NCBI GenBank assembly: GCA_965220035.1
Contig: CBDCPC010000002.1
Coordinates: forward strand, 1,021,821-1,085,820
Length of the DNA: 64,000 nucleotides
From: Acidimicrobiales bacterium
GTDB taxonomy: Bacteria; Actinomycetota; Acidimicrobiia; Acidimicrobiales; CATQHL01
Reading direction: 5' to 3'
Shown: piece after piece, positions 54,601-62,864 of the stretch
Position numbering within the stretch: position 1 is the stretch's first letter
Layout: every line of letters begins with the position of its first letter
Notes under the pieces: generated by a model
Database searches by the model: none
The model's input: only the letters and a program-made list of their open reading frames with translations
What the model was told of the DNA's origin: nothing
Made by a program: the position numbers and the translations under genes

Positions 54601-55675
54601 GGTGGAGGTACTCCGAGCAGGGGTTGGAAGCCGTGATGCGGCCGGCCGCGGGCGTGGTGTGCCACCGGTTGATGGTCGTATCGAACTGCACCCCTGGATC
54701 GGCGCACTCCCATGCCGCCTCGGCGACCTGGCCGAGCAGACCGGCGGCATCGACCGTCTCGACGACCTCTCCGGTGGTGCGCGCCGTGAGATCCCATTGG
54801 CGTCCCGCCAGCGCTGCCTCCATGAACTCGTCGGTGACACGAACGGAGTTGTTGGCGTTCTGGTACAGCAGCGAGGTGCTGTCGACACCGTCGAAGCTGA
54901 GGTCGAACCCGGACTCACTGAGGACACGCGCCTTGCGCTCCTCACGGGCCTTGCACCAGACGAACTCGGCGATGTCGGGATGATCGGCGTCGAGCACGAC
55001 CATCTTGGCGGCACGCCGCGTCGTGCCTCCCGAGCGAATGGCCCCGGCCGAGGCGTCGGCACCCCGCATGAAGCTCACCGGCCCGCTTGGCCGGCCGCCA
55101 CCGGAGAGAAACTCCGAAGCCGAGCGGATGCGACTCAGGTTGACACCGGCACCCGACCCGCGCTTGAAGATCATCCCCTCCTCCGTGTACCAGTTCAGGA
55201 TCGACTCCATGGAGTCCTCCACCGCCAGGATGAAGCAGGCGGAGGACTGCGGCAGGGCGCCCGGAACCCCGATGTTGAACCACACCGGCGAGTTGAACGA
55301 CGCCTTCTGGGTGACGAGGAGATGCGTGAGCTCATCGGTGAACGCCGTCGCCTCATCCGCGCCGGCGAAATAACCGCCCTCGGCACCCCAGCGGCTGATC
55401 GTGCCGGCGACCCGGTCGATCACCTGACGGAGGGAACTCTCGCGATCGGTACTGCCGAGCCGGCCGCGGAAGTACTTCTGGGAGACGATGTTGACGGCGT
55501 TCTGCGACCACGAGGTCGGGAACTCCACGCCGTCCTGCTCGAAGACGACGTCGCCGCCGGTATCGGTGATGAGCGCACGCCGCCGGCTCCATTCCACCGT
55601 GTCGAACGGATGCACATCCTCGAGGGTGAAGAAGCGCTGGAGACCGATGCGGGTCTGCTCGGACAGGACGGTCAC
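51608..55675 (-). CDS. nrdJ: Class II (adenosylcobalamin-dependent) ribonucleotide reductase NrdJ, interrupted by an in-frame intein
   Basis: 1355 aa. It has the class II RNR N-terminus MTVLSEQTRIGLQRFFTLEDVHPFDTVEW.. and the catalytic Cys loop. The C-terminus carries a CxxC..CxxC cluster. An intein lies between APTG and TISFMMDCDTTGIEP. Confidence 0.9.
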   Translation of the reverse strand: MTVLSEQTRIGLQRFFTLEDVHPFDTVEWSRRRALITDTGGDVVFEQDGVEFPTSWSQNAVNIVSQKYFRGRLGSTDRESSLRQVIDRVAGTISRWGAEGGYFAGADEATAFTDELTHLLVTQKASFNSPVWFNIGVPGALPQSSACFILAVEDSMESILNWYTEEGMIFKRGSGAGVNLSRIRSASEFLSGGGRPSGPVSFMRGADASAGAIRSGGTTRRAAKMVVLDADHPDIAEFVWCKAREERKARVLSESGFDLSFDGVDSTSLLYQNANNSVRVTDEFMEAALAGRQWDLTARTTGEVVETVDAAGLLGQVAEAAWECADPGVQFDTTINRWHTTPAAGRITASNPCSEYLHLDNSACNLASLNLLAFLGADGQFDVAGVRAAVRVVFCAQEILVGRSHYPTPAIGRNAVAFRQLGLGYANLGGLLMTMGLPYDSDAGRATAAAVTAVMCGEAYRTSAHIAARMGPFEQYAANRDDVLRVLDMHRRAVTGIDSGQAPAALVAAARESWDEACEQASASGVRNAQATVLAPTGCLVGGSLIPTERGLIRLRSLGDPQGARWQALGVSAGTDEGPRTATQFYVNGAERVVTVDTHRGYRIEGTPTHRIKVVDPLTGDWVWKRFRDIEAGDLVPLQLNQLVGGSRSVTLPSLGEMYWTGDWTTTAPRAMSPELAEFVGYFMGDGSLHAKGLRLCVTAGDIDVVERLRLLGKALFNLETHVTEKAGYLELAFHSVPLTVWWEACGFAKTPPVDGHAGKGWRPHIPDAVLATNCPETYRAFVRGLFEADGTVGGGYPHWSITSIEFSRDVQSLLLAIGYPTTRKIDRTGWGGSRLAVLRLLNLSYSTEFAEEIGFMSSRKQAALVSVATAQAARRDHIPVPRSVVDRLAPENGRLRRTMLQSLARNGMVSRRSALELLQGTGDDELARLLGYFYDRVSCAGLGEEQWTYDLSVPDNVTYVANGFVSHNTISFMMDCDTTGIEPDLALRKSKSLVGGGSMVLVNRSLPAALERLGYGAAEIPGIVAHVERHGSILGAPGLAREHYPVFACSIGDNTVSPDGHVQMMAAVQPFLSGGISKTVNLGADATVAEVRDLFVSAWRSGVKALAVYRDNSKWQQPLAAAGGAAETAGSSAADVAPPASEPVRRRLPRHRASRTMEFRVADCKGFVTVGQYDDGRPGEIFVRVSKQGSTLAGIMDAFAVAVSHGLQYGVPLRAYVDAYCGMRFEPAGVTDDPDIRIATSLMDYLFRRLALTYLSPEERAEMSIFATSERLEPTLPGVAEAAVGAAQGIDVAPDPPSVLRRSDAPTAGEPARDRFHGGLTDSASPLCMSCGTRMVRAGSCYACATCGVTSGCS
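52769..54061 (-). other. Intein (431 aa) with LAGLIDADG homing-endonuclease domain inside nrdJ
   Basis: The extein junction is ..VLAPTG|CLVGGSLIPT.....YVANGFVSHN|TISFMM.. There is a Cys1 and a terminal HN followed by Thr+1. The LAGLIDADG-like blocks read FVGYFMGDGSL and AFVRGLFEADGTV. Confidence 0.85.
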
Positions 55676-55825
55676 GTGCTCACCTCGCCTTCCGGCGCCG
55701 CGCCGGAGCGCGCCGCAGCGGCCTCTGCTCCGTCCACTCTAAAGCGGAAGGGGCCGAGGTCAATCATCCGGTGGAAGCTACTCATTCGGCACGGGCCGGA
55801 TGGGCGTACTCAACGGGCGGATGAG

Positions 55826-55917
55826 GAATTCCCGGATATTTCCCCCGGGCGCGAAGGATTTTCCCCCAATGGCGCGCCGAGTTATCCCCCGGGCCGGCGA
55901 GAACTTCCCCCAGGGCC
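55826..55917. promoter_or_regulatory. Array of five TTCCCCC(G/A)GG-like motifs at ~21-bp periodicity in the nrdJ/ribD_C divergent intergenic region
   Basis: The motifs are AATTCCCGG, ATTTCCCCCGGG, TTTTCCCCCAAT, TTATCCCCCGGG and CTTCCCCCAGGG, at 55829, 55839, 55859, 55883 and 55904. Each can sit in the loop or stem of a short GC hairpin. A palindromic copy TTCCCCCGGGGGTG lies at ~57007-57020. Confidence 0.4.
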
Positions 55918-55987
55918 CCCCGCAGACGTTCTGTGGATACCTTGTGGAGGGGCGAACGGACGCCACCGGCCGCGCAGGAGGGCACCG

Positions 55988-56752
55988 ATGGTCGCAATGC
56001 AACAGGTCTGGCCACGATTCCGCCCGGCGGTCGATCACCTCGAGGTGTACGGGCAAGCGAGGCGCCTCCAGTCGCGCGACAGGCCCTGGGTGATGATGTG
56101 CATGATCACCACCGTGGACGGCTCCGTGAGCGTGAAGGGCCGCTCGGGCCCGCTGGGAGGGCCCACGGACTGGGCGGTGCTCAGCGCCTTGCGCGGTTGC
56201 GCCGATGCCATCGTGGTGGGTGCCGGAACCGCCCGCACCGAGGACTACGGCCCTCCCTCGCTGGAGGCGCAGGTCCGGGAACGTCGCCTGGCACGGGGTC
56301 AGGAGGCCCTGCCGCTGCTGGCCGTGGTGAGTGCACGCGGCGCGCTGGACCCGGCGGCCCGCCTGTTCGGCGGTCCGGAGCCGCCGCGGCTGTACCTCGC
56401 AGCGGCAGCACCGCCGGAGCGACGGGCAGCTCTGGCGACGGTTGCCGAGGTGCGCACGGCCGGTGGAGCGACGGTCGAGGCCGAAGAGGTCGTAGCCGAC
56501 CTCGCCGCCGAGGGCCGGACCCTCATCCTGCTGGAGGGCGGACCTCAACTCAACGCCTCCTTCGCGAGCGCCGACCTCATCGACGAGTTCTGCATCACAC
56601 GGTCGCCGCTCCTGGCGCCGGGTGGCCCGGGCCTCATCGAGGGCGACCCGCTGCCGGCGGCGCACGACCTTCGCCTGGATCGCCTGCTTGTTGCCGACGG
56701 CATGATCTTCGCCCGCTATCTGCGGCAGCGACAGCCTCACGAATCTGCCTGA
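55988..56752 (+). CDS. RibD C-terminal domain (DHFR-like) pyrimidine reductase family protein
   Basis: 254 aa from ATG 55988: ..WVMMCMITTVDGSVSVKGRSGPLGGPTDWAVLSALRGCADAIVVGAGTARTE.. ..LILLEGGPQLNASFASADLIDEFCITRSP.. The maximal ORF (53990..) is antisense to nrdJ and is rejected. Confidence 0.7.
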   Translation: MVAMQQVWPRFRPAVDHLEVYGQARRLQSRDRPWVMMCMITTVDGSVSVKGRSGPLGGPTDWAVLSALRGCADAIVVGAGTARTEDYGPPSLEAQVRERRLARGQEALPLLAVVSARGALDPAARLFGGPEPPRLYLAAAAPPERRAALATVAEVRTAGGATVEAEEVVADLAAEGRTLILLEGGPQLNASFASADLIDEFCITRSPLLAPGGPGLIEGDPLPAAHDLRLDRLLVADGMIFARYLRQRQPHESA

Positions 56753-56997
56753 GGTCCATCGACCACCGGGACGGGCGCGGTCCCGACGGCCGGAGCAACC
56801 AGATGCGCTCCGACGAACTCGCCCAATCGGAAGACGCCCCAGAGCGATGCCCAGAGGAGGAAGCCCAGCACCGCCAGAACCATGGCGCGCCGCCACAGGT
56901 AGATCCGCGCCGGACGGCGCCGCGCGGCGTCGAATCGGACTCCGCCGGCCGCGGCGCGGGGACCGGCCGGCGTCGCAAGTATTGCTGAGGACTCCAT
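56737..56997 (-). CDS. Possible small membrane protein (hypothetical)
   Basis: ATG 56997, 86 aa, with one clear TM helix (..AMVLAVLGFLLWASLWGVF..). It is convergent with ribD_C and overlaps it by 16 bp. There is no homology basis for it. Confidence 0.2.
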   Translation of the reverse strand: MESSAILATPAGPRAAAGGVRFDAARRRPARIYLWRRAMVLAVLGFLLWASLWGVFRLGEFVGAHLVAPAVGTAPVPVVDGPQADS

Positions 56998-57068
56998 GTC
57001 CTCCAGGATTCCCCGGGGGTGTGACACAGCCCTCGATGTCCCGAGGGTGACTCGATCCGAGGAGGATC

Positions 57069-57097
57069 CTTGACACCGATGCGTCGATGTGGCAACA
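57069..57097 (+). promoter_or_regulatory. Candidate sigma-A-type promoter (TTGACA-17-CAACAT) ~180 bp upstream of lexA
   Basis: A perfect -35 hexamer sits at 57069-74 with 17-bp spacing to CAACAT (57092-97). The -10 is weak. Confidence 0.25.
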
Positions 57098-57269
57098 TCC
57101 GTACCGACAGTGGATGGACATGTAGCAAACATAAACGAATGTGTTCCGGCAAGCGGTCCCACTGGGCTTCCGGCTGGTGATCGGCGGCGCATGACACCAT
57201 TGTAACTCGAAACACCTGTACATATCAAGTCCGCGGATCTCCAGATCCGCCCCCGCAAGGAAGGGCAGC

Positions 57270-57953
57270 ATGAGCAGCGAAACCACGGCTTACACGACCG
57301 AGGACACCGAGCCGCAGCCCACGGCCGTGGCCAAACTTTCCGAACGCCGGCAGGCGATCATCCATTTCGTGGCCGAGTACACCCGCGAGCGCGGCTACCC
57401 GCCGTCGGTGCGCGAGATTTGCAAGGCCGTGGGGCTCATCTCGCCGGCCTCGGTCCAGCGCCACCTGGTCATCCTCGAGCAGCAGGGTTTCCTGCGACGT
57501 GACCCCAGCAAGCCCCGAGCCCTCGAGGTGCACTACGACCCGGTTTCGGGCCACGCCGTGGATCGCCACCCGGTGAGCTACGTGCCCCTCGTGGGTGACG
57601 TGGCGGCCGGTTCGGGCGTCCTGGCGCAAGAGAACATCGAGGAGGCCCTGCCGCTGCCGACGGCGTTCGTCGGCCACCAGGACGCCTTCGTGCTCCGTGT
57701 GCGTGGCGACTCGATGACCGGCGACGGCATCTTCGACGGCGATCTGCTGGTGGTCCGGATGCAGCACCTCGCCGGCGAGGGCGACATCGTCGTGGCCGGC
57801 CTGCCGGGCGACGAGGCCGCCGTGAAGCGGTTCCACCGCGAGGGCGACGAGGTGGTGCTGGTGTCCTCGAACGCCGACTACCCGCCCCGGCGCTATCCGG
57901 CGAAGGACCTGCGCATCTACGGCCGGGCCATCACCGTCCTGCGCACCCTCTGA
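57270..57953 (+). CDS. lexA: LexA repressor
   Basis: N-terminal winged HTH, ..VAAGSGVLAQE.. (Ala-Gly cleavage site), and an S24 peptidase Ser/Lys dyad (..RVRGDSMTGDGI.. ..AVKRF..). An AAGGAAGG RBS lies upstream. Confidence 0.9.
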   Translation: MSSETTAYTTEDTEPQPTAVAKLSERRQAIIHFVAEYTRERGYPPSVREICKAVGLISPASVQRHLVILEQQGFLRRDPSKPRALEVHYDPVSGHAVDRHPVSYVPLVGDVAAGSGVLAQENIEEALPLPTAFVGHQDAFVLRVRGDSMTGDGIFDGDLLVVRMQHLAGEGDIVVAGLPGDEAAVKRFHREGDEVVLVSSNADYPPRRYPAKDLRIYGRAITVLRTL

Positions 57954-59050
57954 CCCCCGGCGCCGATGACGGTCGCCAGCGCGCTGTAGACCGTCTCGAG
58001 GGAGTCACGGCACACGTACTCCCCCGCCGTGTGCGCCAGCTCGCTGCGGCCCGGCCCGAAGTTCAACGCCGGGACGCCGCGCGCCGCGAAGAACGCCGCA
58101 TCGGTCCATCCGAGTTTGGCGCGCACCGCCGCCGGTCCCCCGCCGGCACGCACGATCGCCGCCAGGAGTGGGTGGTCGAGGTGCGGCGCCGCCGCGGGCG
58201 CCATCTCCACCACCTCCAGGCTGTCACCGTCGCCCAGGTGCGGGGCCAACATCGCTCGGACAGCCTCGGTGGCCTGCTGGGGCGTGCGATCCGGGGCGAA
58301 GCGATGGTTCACAGCCAGGACGGCCTCGTCGGGCACGACGTTGCCCGCAACGCCGCCGGAAACGGCGGTGGCCTGCAGCGCCTCGGCGTAGGTGCATCCG
58401 TCGATGACCGGGCGGCGCGGTTCGTACGCCCGCAGTACCCCCAGCACGTCCGCCAGGCGGTGGACGGCGTTGCTGCCCATCCAGGGCCGCGCCGTGTGCG
58501 CCCGCTCGCCGCGCAACGTGACACGGAGGTGCATCGTGCCCTGGCAGCCCACCTCGGGCACCGCGCCGGTGGGCTCACCGAGCACCGCCGCGTCCGCCCC
58601 CAGCAGGTCAGGACGCACCGCGGCCACCTCGCGCAGGCCGCTGTGCTCCATGGCGATCTCCTCGGCCGCGTACCAGACGTAGGTCATCTCCACCGCCGGG
58701 TCGGGGTGCGCCGCGGCGAGGGCCATCATGACGGCCAGCCCGCCCTTCATGTCCGCGGCGCCCAACCCCGCGACACGGTCCTCGCTGAGGAGCGGTTCGC
58801 TGTTGCCGTTGGGAGGCACCGTGTCGAGGTGCCCCGCCAGCAGCAGGCGCTGCGAGTTGTCCCCGGCCGTCCGCGCCACCACGTTGTCGCCGATGCGGTG
58901 GATCTCCAGCCACCGACGCCCGGCGCACCACTCCTCCACCCGATCTGCCAGCTCGCGCTCGGCGAGGCTGACCGACGGGATGCCGATCAACTCGGCGGTC
59001 AGCGCCAGCAGATCGACCGGTGGCGCGGTGATGTTCACGGCACGGACCAT
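57917..59050 (-). CDS. dapE: Succinyl-diaminopimelate desuccinylase (M20 peptidase)
   Basis: ..LLLAGHLDTVPP.. ..GAADMKGGLA.. M20 metal ligands. It is adjacent to dapD. Confidence 0.8.
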   Translation of the reverse strand: MVRAVNITAPPVDLLALTAELIGIPSVSLAERELADRVEEWCAGRRWLEIHRIGDNVVARTAGDNSQRLLLAGHLDTVPPNGNSEPLLSEDRVAGLGAADMKGGLAVMMALAAAHPDPAVEMTYVWYAAEEIAMEHSGLREVAAVRPDLLGADAAVLGEPTGAVPEVGCQGTMHLRVTLRGERAHTARPWMGSNAVHRLADVLGVLRAYEPRRPVIDGCTYAEALQATAVSGGVAGNVVPDEAVLAVNHRFAPDRTPQQATEAVRAMLAPHLGDGDSLEVVEMAPAAAPHLDHPLLAAIVRAGGGPAAVRAKLGWTDAAFFAARGVPALNFGPGRSELAHTAGEYVCRDSLETVYSALATVIGAGGQRVRRTVMARP

Positions 59051-59057
59051 CCGCCGC

Positions 59058-59891
59058 TCAGGTGGCCGCCCCGTGGTCGCGCAACACGTCGTTCAGCACC
59101 GACTTGTCGTGGCGCTCACCGGGGTTCAGGCGCTTCACCACCAGGACGCAGGGCAGACCGAACTCCCCGCCGGTGAACGTGCGAGGACGGGTGCCCGTCA
59201 CGGCCACGCACCACGGCGGCACGACCCCGCGCCCCAGTTCCTCACCGGTGGCGGCATCGATGACCGGGATGGACCCGGTGAGGATGCAGCCCGCGCCGAG
59301 CACGGTGCCCTCGCCGACGCGAGCCCCGTCGGCCACGATGCAGCGGCTCCCGATGAGGCACTCGTCACCCACGATGACCGGGACTGCCTGCGGCGGCTCG
59401 AGCACGCCACCGATGCCCACCCCGCCGGAGAGGTGCACGTTCCGACCGATCTGCGCGCAGGACCCCACCGTCGCCCAGGTGTCCACCATCGTGTTGGCCC
59501 CCACGTAGGCCCCGATGTTCACGTAGCTGGGCATCATCACGACCCCGGGCGCCTGGTAGCTCCCCCACCGGGCCGAGGCACCCGGCACCACGCGCACGCC
59601 GCGGTCCTGGTAGCGGGTCTTCAGCGGGATCTTGTCGGCGAACTCGAACGGCCCCAACTCGGTGGTCGACATCTCCGAGAGCTTGAAGAGCAGCAGGATG
59701 GCCTGCTTCAGCCACTCATGGACGACGACGTCACCACCCGGGGTGGTCTCGGCCACCCGCACCTCGCCGGCATCGAGCAGATCGATCACCTCGTGCACAA
59801 CTCGGCGGGCGTCGCTGTCGCCGGCGGAGAGCCCGGCGCGACCTGCCCACAGCTCACCGATCATGGCCTTGAGATCAGCACGGTAGGTCAT
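59058..59891 (-). CDS. dapD: 2,3,4,5-tetrahydropyridine-2,6-dicarboxylate N-succinyltransferase
   Basis: Hexapeptide-repeat LβH (..VNIGAYVGANTMVDTWATVGSCAQIGRNVHLSGGVGIGGVLEP..). Confidence 0.9.
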   Translation of the reverse strand: MTYRADLKAMIGELWAGRAGLSAGDSDARRVVHEVIDLLDAGEVRVAETTPGGDVVVHEWLKQAILLLFKLSEMSTTELGPFEFADKIPLKTRYQDRGVRVVPGASARWGSYQAPGVVMMPSYVNIGAYVGANTMVDTWATVGSCAQIGRNVHLSGGVGIGGVLEPPQAVPVIVGDECLIGSRCIVADGARVGEGTVLGAGCILTGSIPVIDAATGEELGRGVVPPWCVAVTGTRPRTFTGGEFGLPCVLVVKRLNPGERHDKSVLNDVLRDHGAAT

Positions 59892-59900
59892 GGGCGCAGG

Positions 59901-61142
59901 CTAGCGGGGCCCACCGGACCTTCCGGGGAGCGCCAGCCGCTCGGCCAGCAGCGCCAAGCGCTCGTCGGATGCCACCGCCGCCACCCGCACGTATCCGGCT
60001 CCTGCGGGGCCGTAGAACTCCCCCGGGCTTACCAGCGCCCCCGCCTCGGCGGCGATGCGCCTCGCCAGAGCCCAGGCGTCGCCCTCGGGTGCGGGAACCC
60101 AGAGGTAGAACCCCCCGCCGGATGATGGCGCCTCCAGGCCCAGTCCGCCGAACACACCCGACAGCAACTCCAGCCGGCGCCGGTAGCGCTCCCGCTGCGC
60201 CTCCACGTGGGCGTCGTCATCGAGTGCGGCGACCGCGGCGGCCTGGACCGGGCCCGGCACCATGAGTCCGAGGTGCCGGCGCGCCTGCGCCAGGAAGCCG
60301 ACCAACTCGGCGTCGCCGGTGTAGAACCCGACGCGCATGCCGGCGAAGTTGGAGCGTTTGGACAGCGAGTGGACGGCAAGCACCCCGTCGGAGCCATGCG
60401 AGAGGATCGTGCGGCCCTCCAGTGGAGGTGCCGTCGCAGCACGCCGCGGTTGGTCCCAGACGTACTCGGCGTAGCACTCGTCGCTGCACACCACCACGCC
60501 GCGCTCCCGCCCCCAAGTCGCCACCGTCCCCAAGTCCTCCAGCGCGCCGGTCGGGTTGCCGGGGGAATTCACCCAGAGGCAGAGCGCCCGGGCGGCGTCG
60601 GCCGCGGCGACGGACGCCAGGTCCAGCCGCCACTTCCCGTCGAGTGGCACCGGGACCGCCCGGAGGCCGGCCAGGGTGGCGCCCATGGCATAGCTCGGAT
60701 ACGCCACCGCGGGATAGAGGACGGTGTCCCGCTCCGGCCGGCGCAGCCGCAGCAAGTGCGGCAGCGAGGTCACGAACTCCTTCGTTCCCACGCAGGCCGC
60801 CAAGCGATCCGGCGCAACCGCGATCCCGAAGCGGCGCTCCAGCCAACAGGCGGCTGACCGGCGCACGGCGAGAGACCCGACAGAGGACGGGTAGGACCGC
60901 TCGGCGCCCGAGTCGGCCAGCGCCTCGACCGCTGCCGGGGGCGGCGGGTCCGTCGGGTCCCCCACCGAGAGATCCACGCAACCACCGGGATGCTCTGCCG
61001 CTACGGCGCGCAGGGACTCCAGACGGTCATAGGGGTAGGGCTCCAGCAGCAACCGTTGGTCGGCACCGGCCGATTCGCCCGCACAGCAATCCTGGCGCTC
61101 GCGTTCTGCCGCGTCGGATCTGTGCGGCGAGGTCACCACCAC
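59901..61142 (-). CDS. dapC: Class I/II PLP-dependent aminotransferase (N-succinyl-DAP aminotransferase DapC-like)
   Basis: ..LSKRSNFAGMRVGFYTGD.. (PLP Lys region), ..NSPGNPTGA.. It lies in the dap cluster. Confidence 0.7.
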   Translation of the reverse strand: MVVTSPHRSDAAERERQDCCAGESAGADQRLLLEPYPYDRLESLRAVAAEHPGGCVDLSVGDPTDPPPPAAVEALADSGAERSYPSSVGSLAVRRSAACWLERRFGIAVAPDRLAACVGTKEFVTSLPHLLRLRRPERDTVLYPAVAYPSYAMGATLAGLRAVPVPLDGKWRLDLASVAAADAARALCLWVNSPGNPTGALEDLGTVATWGRERGVVVCSDECYAEYVWDQPRRAATAPPLEGRTILSHGSDGVLAVHSLSKRSNFAGMRVGFYTGDAELVGFLAQARRHLGLMVPGPVQAAAVAALDDDAHVEAQRERYRRRLELLSGVFGGLGLEAPSSGGGFYLWVPAPEGDAWALARRIAAEAGALVSPGEFYGPAGAGYVRVAAVASDERLALLAERLALPGRSGGPR

Positions 61143-61190
61143 CCCTCCCCGGGGTTCGGCACATCCTCCGCGAGTCCCACGAGCGACTTC

Positions 61191-62864
61191 CTAGGGTTGG
61201 ATTTCAGGCTGGGAGCCCCCGCGGGTCGGGCGGGCGGACTTGGGCGGGCTGGCGAGGATCACCGCCACGGCGCTGAACACACAGACGGCCGCGGCCACGA
61301 TCATGGTGACGGCAAACGCGTGGCTGAAGGAGGCGGCGATCTCCGTTGTCGCGGTCTGTAGTTGCGCCGATGTCAGTTCCGCGGCCGCGTCGAGAGTGCT
61401 CGCTGTCTCCAGGGCAGCGCCGGGCGACTCGGCGGCCGATTCGGCGAGCGCAGAGGTGAACGCGTCCGTGTCGATGGTGCGACGGTAGACGACCGTGGAG
61501 ACGGTGCCGAGGATCGCGATACCGAGCGCGGCACCGATCTCGCGGGACGCGTCGTTGATTGCCGAACCGATCCCGGCCTTGGCCAGCGGGGTCGTGGCCA
61601 TGATGTCGTTGGTGGCAGGGATGGTCGCCAGGCTGAGCCCGATGCCCGCCAGAATGATCGGGCCGAGGAGGAACCAGTAGCTCGTGGTCGAATCGGCGAA
61701 TCCGAGGAGGCCGAAGCTCACCGCCAGCACGGCGAAACCGGCCGCCATGACTCGTGGCCGCCCGAAGCGGCTGCTCAGACTCGGCGTGACGGGTGCCACG
61801 AGCATCCCGGCCACCGCCTCGGGCAGCGTGGCCAGACCGGCCTGCAGCGCGCTGTAGCCCAGGGAGAACTGCACGTACAGGATCAGCAGGTACCAGTAGC
61901 CCAGTAGCGCGATGAACGACGTGGCGTTCACCGCCGCGCCGATGGTGAAGCGGCGGTTCGCGAACAGCGACAGCGGCAGCATCGGGGTCGAGGCTCGTCG
62001 CTCCCAGGCCACGAATCCGGCACCGACGACCAGCGAGATGGCGAGGGCGCCCAGGACTGCGGGCGACGTCCAGCCCCGCCCCGGACCCTCGATGATGCCG
62101 AACAGCAGAGCGCTGAGCGCCACGAGTGAGGTCGCCGCACCAAGCGGATCGAGCGGGGCCGAATCGGGATCGCTGGATCGGGGCAGCCACAGCGCGGCGG
62201 CCAGCAGGACCGCGGCCGCGACGGGGGGGTTGTAGAGGAGCGCCCACTGCCAACCGCCCGGCGGGATGATCCACCAGCCGGTGATGAGCACGCCGGTCAC
62301 GAGGGGTCCGATCGCCGCGCCGACTCCGGCGACCGCGGCCCAGATGGCGATCGCCTTCTCGCGCTCACCGGGAGCGAAAATGTTCGTGATCATCGACAGA
62401 GTCGTGGGCATGACGAACGCGGCGCCGAGGCCCATGACGGCTCGGGCGACGATGAGCACGAGGCTGCTGTCGGCGAGACCGCCGATCAGCGCGGCGACAC
62501 CGAAGATGGCAAGACCTGCCTCGAGCGCCCCCTTGCGGCCGAATCGGTCACCGAGAGCACCAGCGATCAGCAGCAACCCGCCGAACGTGACGGTGTAGGC
62601 GTTGGTGATCCACTGGAGGCCGGTCAGTCCGACACCGAGGTCGCGCTGCAGGCTGGCGAGCGCCACGTTGACGCCCGCAATCGACATGATCACCAGCAGT
62701 AGCCCGAGGCTCAGCACGCCGAGCAGCGCCCAGCGGCGCCGGTACACGTCGGGACGCCGGTAGAGTTCTACGGGTTCGAGTTGCACGGACGCGGGCGGGA
62801 CTCGGTCAGGTCTGACCGTCGCCGCCGTCGGCGTTCCCACCGCCGGTGTGGCGGAAGTCGGCAA
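61191..62864 (-). CDS. MFS transporter, DHA2 (14-TMS EmrB/QacA-like) family
   Basis: ..GALGDRFGRKGAL.. (motif A), 14 predicted TM segments. The start is probably internal, since the maximal ORF overlaps the hflX 3' end by 59 bp. Confidence 0.8.
   Translation of the reverse strand: MPTSATPAVGTPTAATVRPDRVPPASVQLEPVELYRRPDVYRRRWALLGVLSLGLLLVIMSIAGVNVALASLQRDLGVGLTGLQWITNAYTVTFGGLLLIAGALGDRFGRKGALEAGLAIFGVAALIGGLADSSLVLIVARAVMGLGAAFVMPTTLSMITNIFAPGEREKAIAIWAAVAGVGAAIGPLVTGVLITGWWIIPPGGWQWALLYNPPVAAAVLLAAALWLPRSSDPDSAPLDPLGAATSLVALSALLFGIIEGPGRGWTSPAVLGALAISLVVGAGFVAWERRASTPMLPLSLFANRRFTIGAAVNATSFIALLGYWYLLILYVQFSLGYSALQAGLATLPEAVAGMLVAPVTPSLSSRFGRPRVMAAGFAVLAVSFGLLGFADSTTSYWFLLGPIILAGIGLSLATIPATNDIMATTPLAKAGIGSAINDASREIGAALGIAILGTVSTVVYRRTIDTDAFTSALAESAAESPGAALETASTLDAAAELTSAQLQTATTEIAASFSHAFAVTMIVAAAVCVFSAVAVILASPPKSARPTRGGSQPEIQP

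Noticed and set aside
55676-55987. Cobalamin riboswitch or NrdR box upstream of nrdJ
   Set aside because: I could not recognise the B12-box (rAGYCMGgAgaCCkGCcd-like) or the 16-bp NrdR palindrome (acaCwAtATaTwGtgt). The C-rich repeat array does not fit either, and this cannot be settled without a covariance-model scan.
53990-56752. 920-aa plus-strand ORF
   Set aside because: Its first ~2 kb is antisense to the well-supported nrdJ gene, with GC-skew-driven Arg/Gly/Ala-rich translation. Only the last 254 aa (from ATG 55988) form a RibD_C-like protein.
57130-57225. LexA SOS box
   Set aside because: The candidates CGAATGTGTTCCG and TCGAAACACCTGTACA deviate in spacing or half-sites from TCGAAC-N4-GTTCGA, so they are not reported as features.
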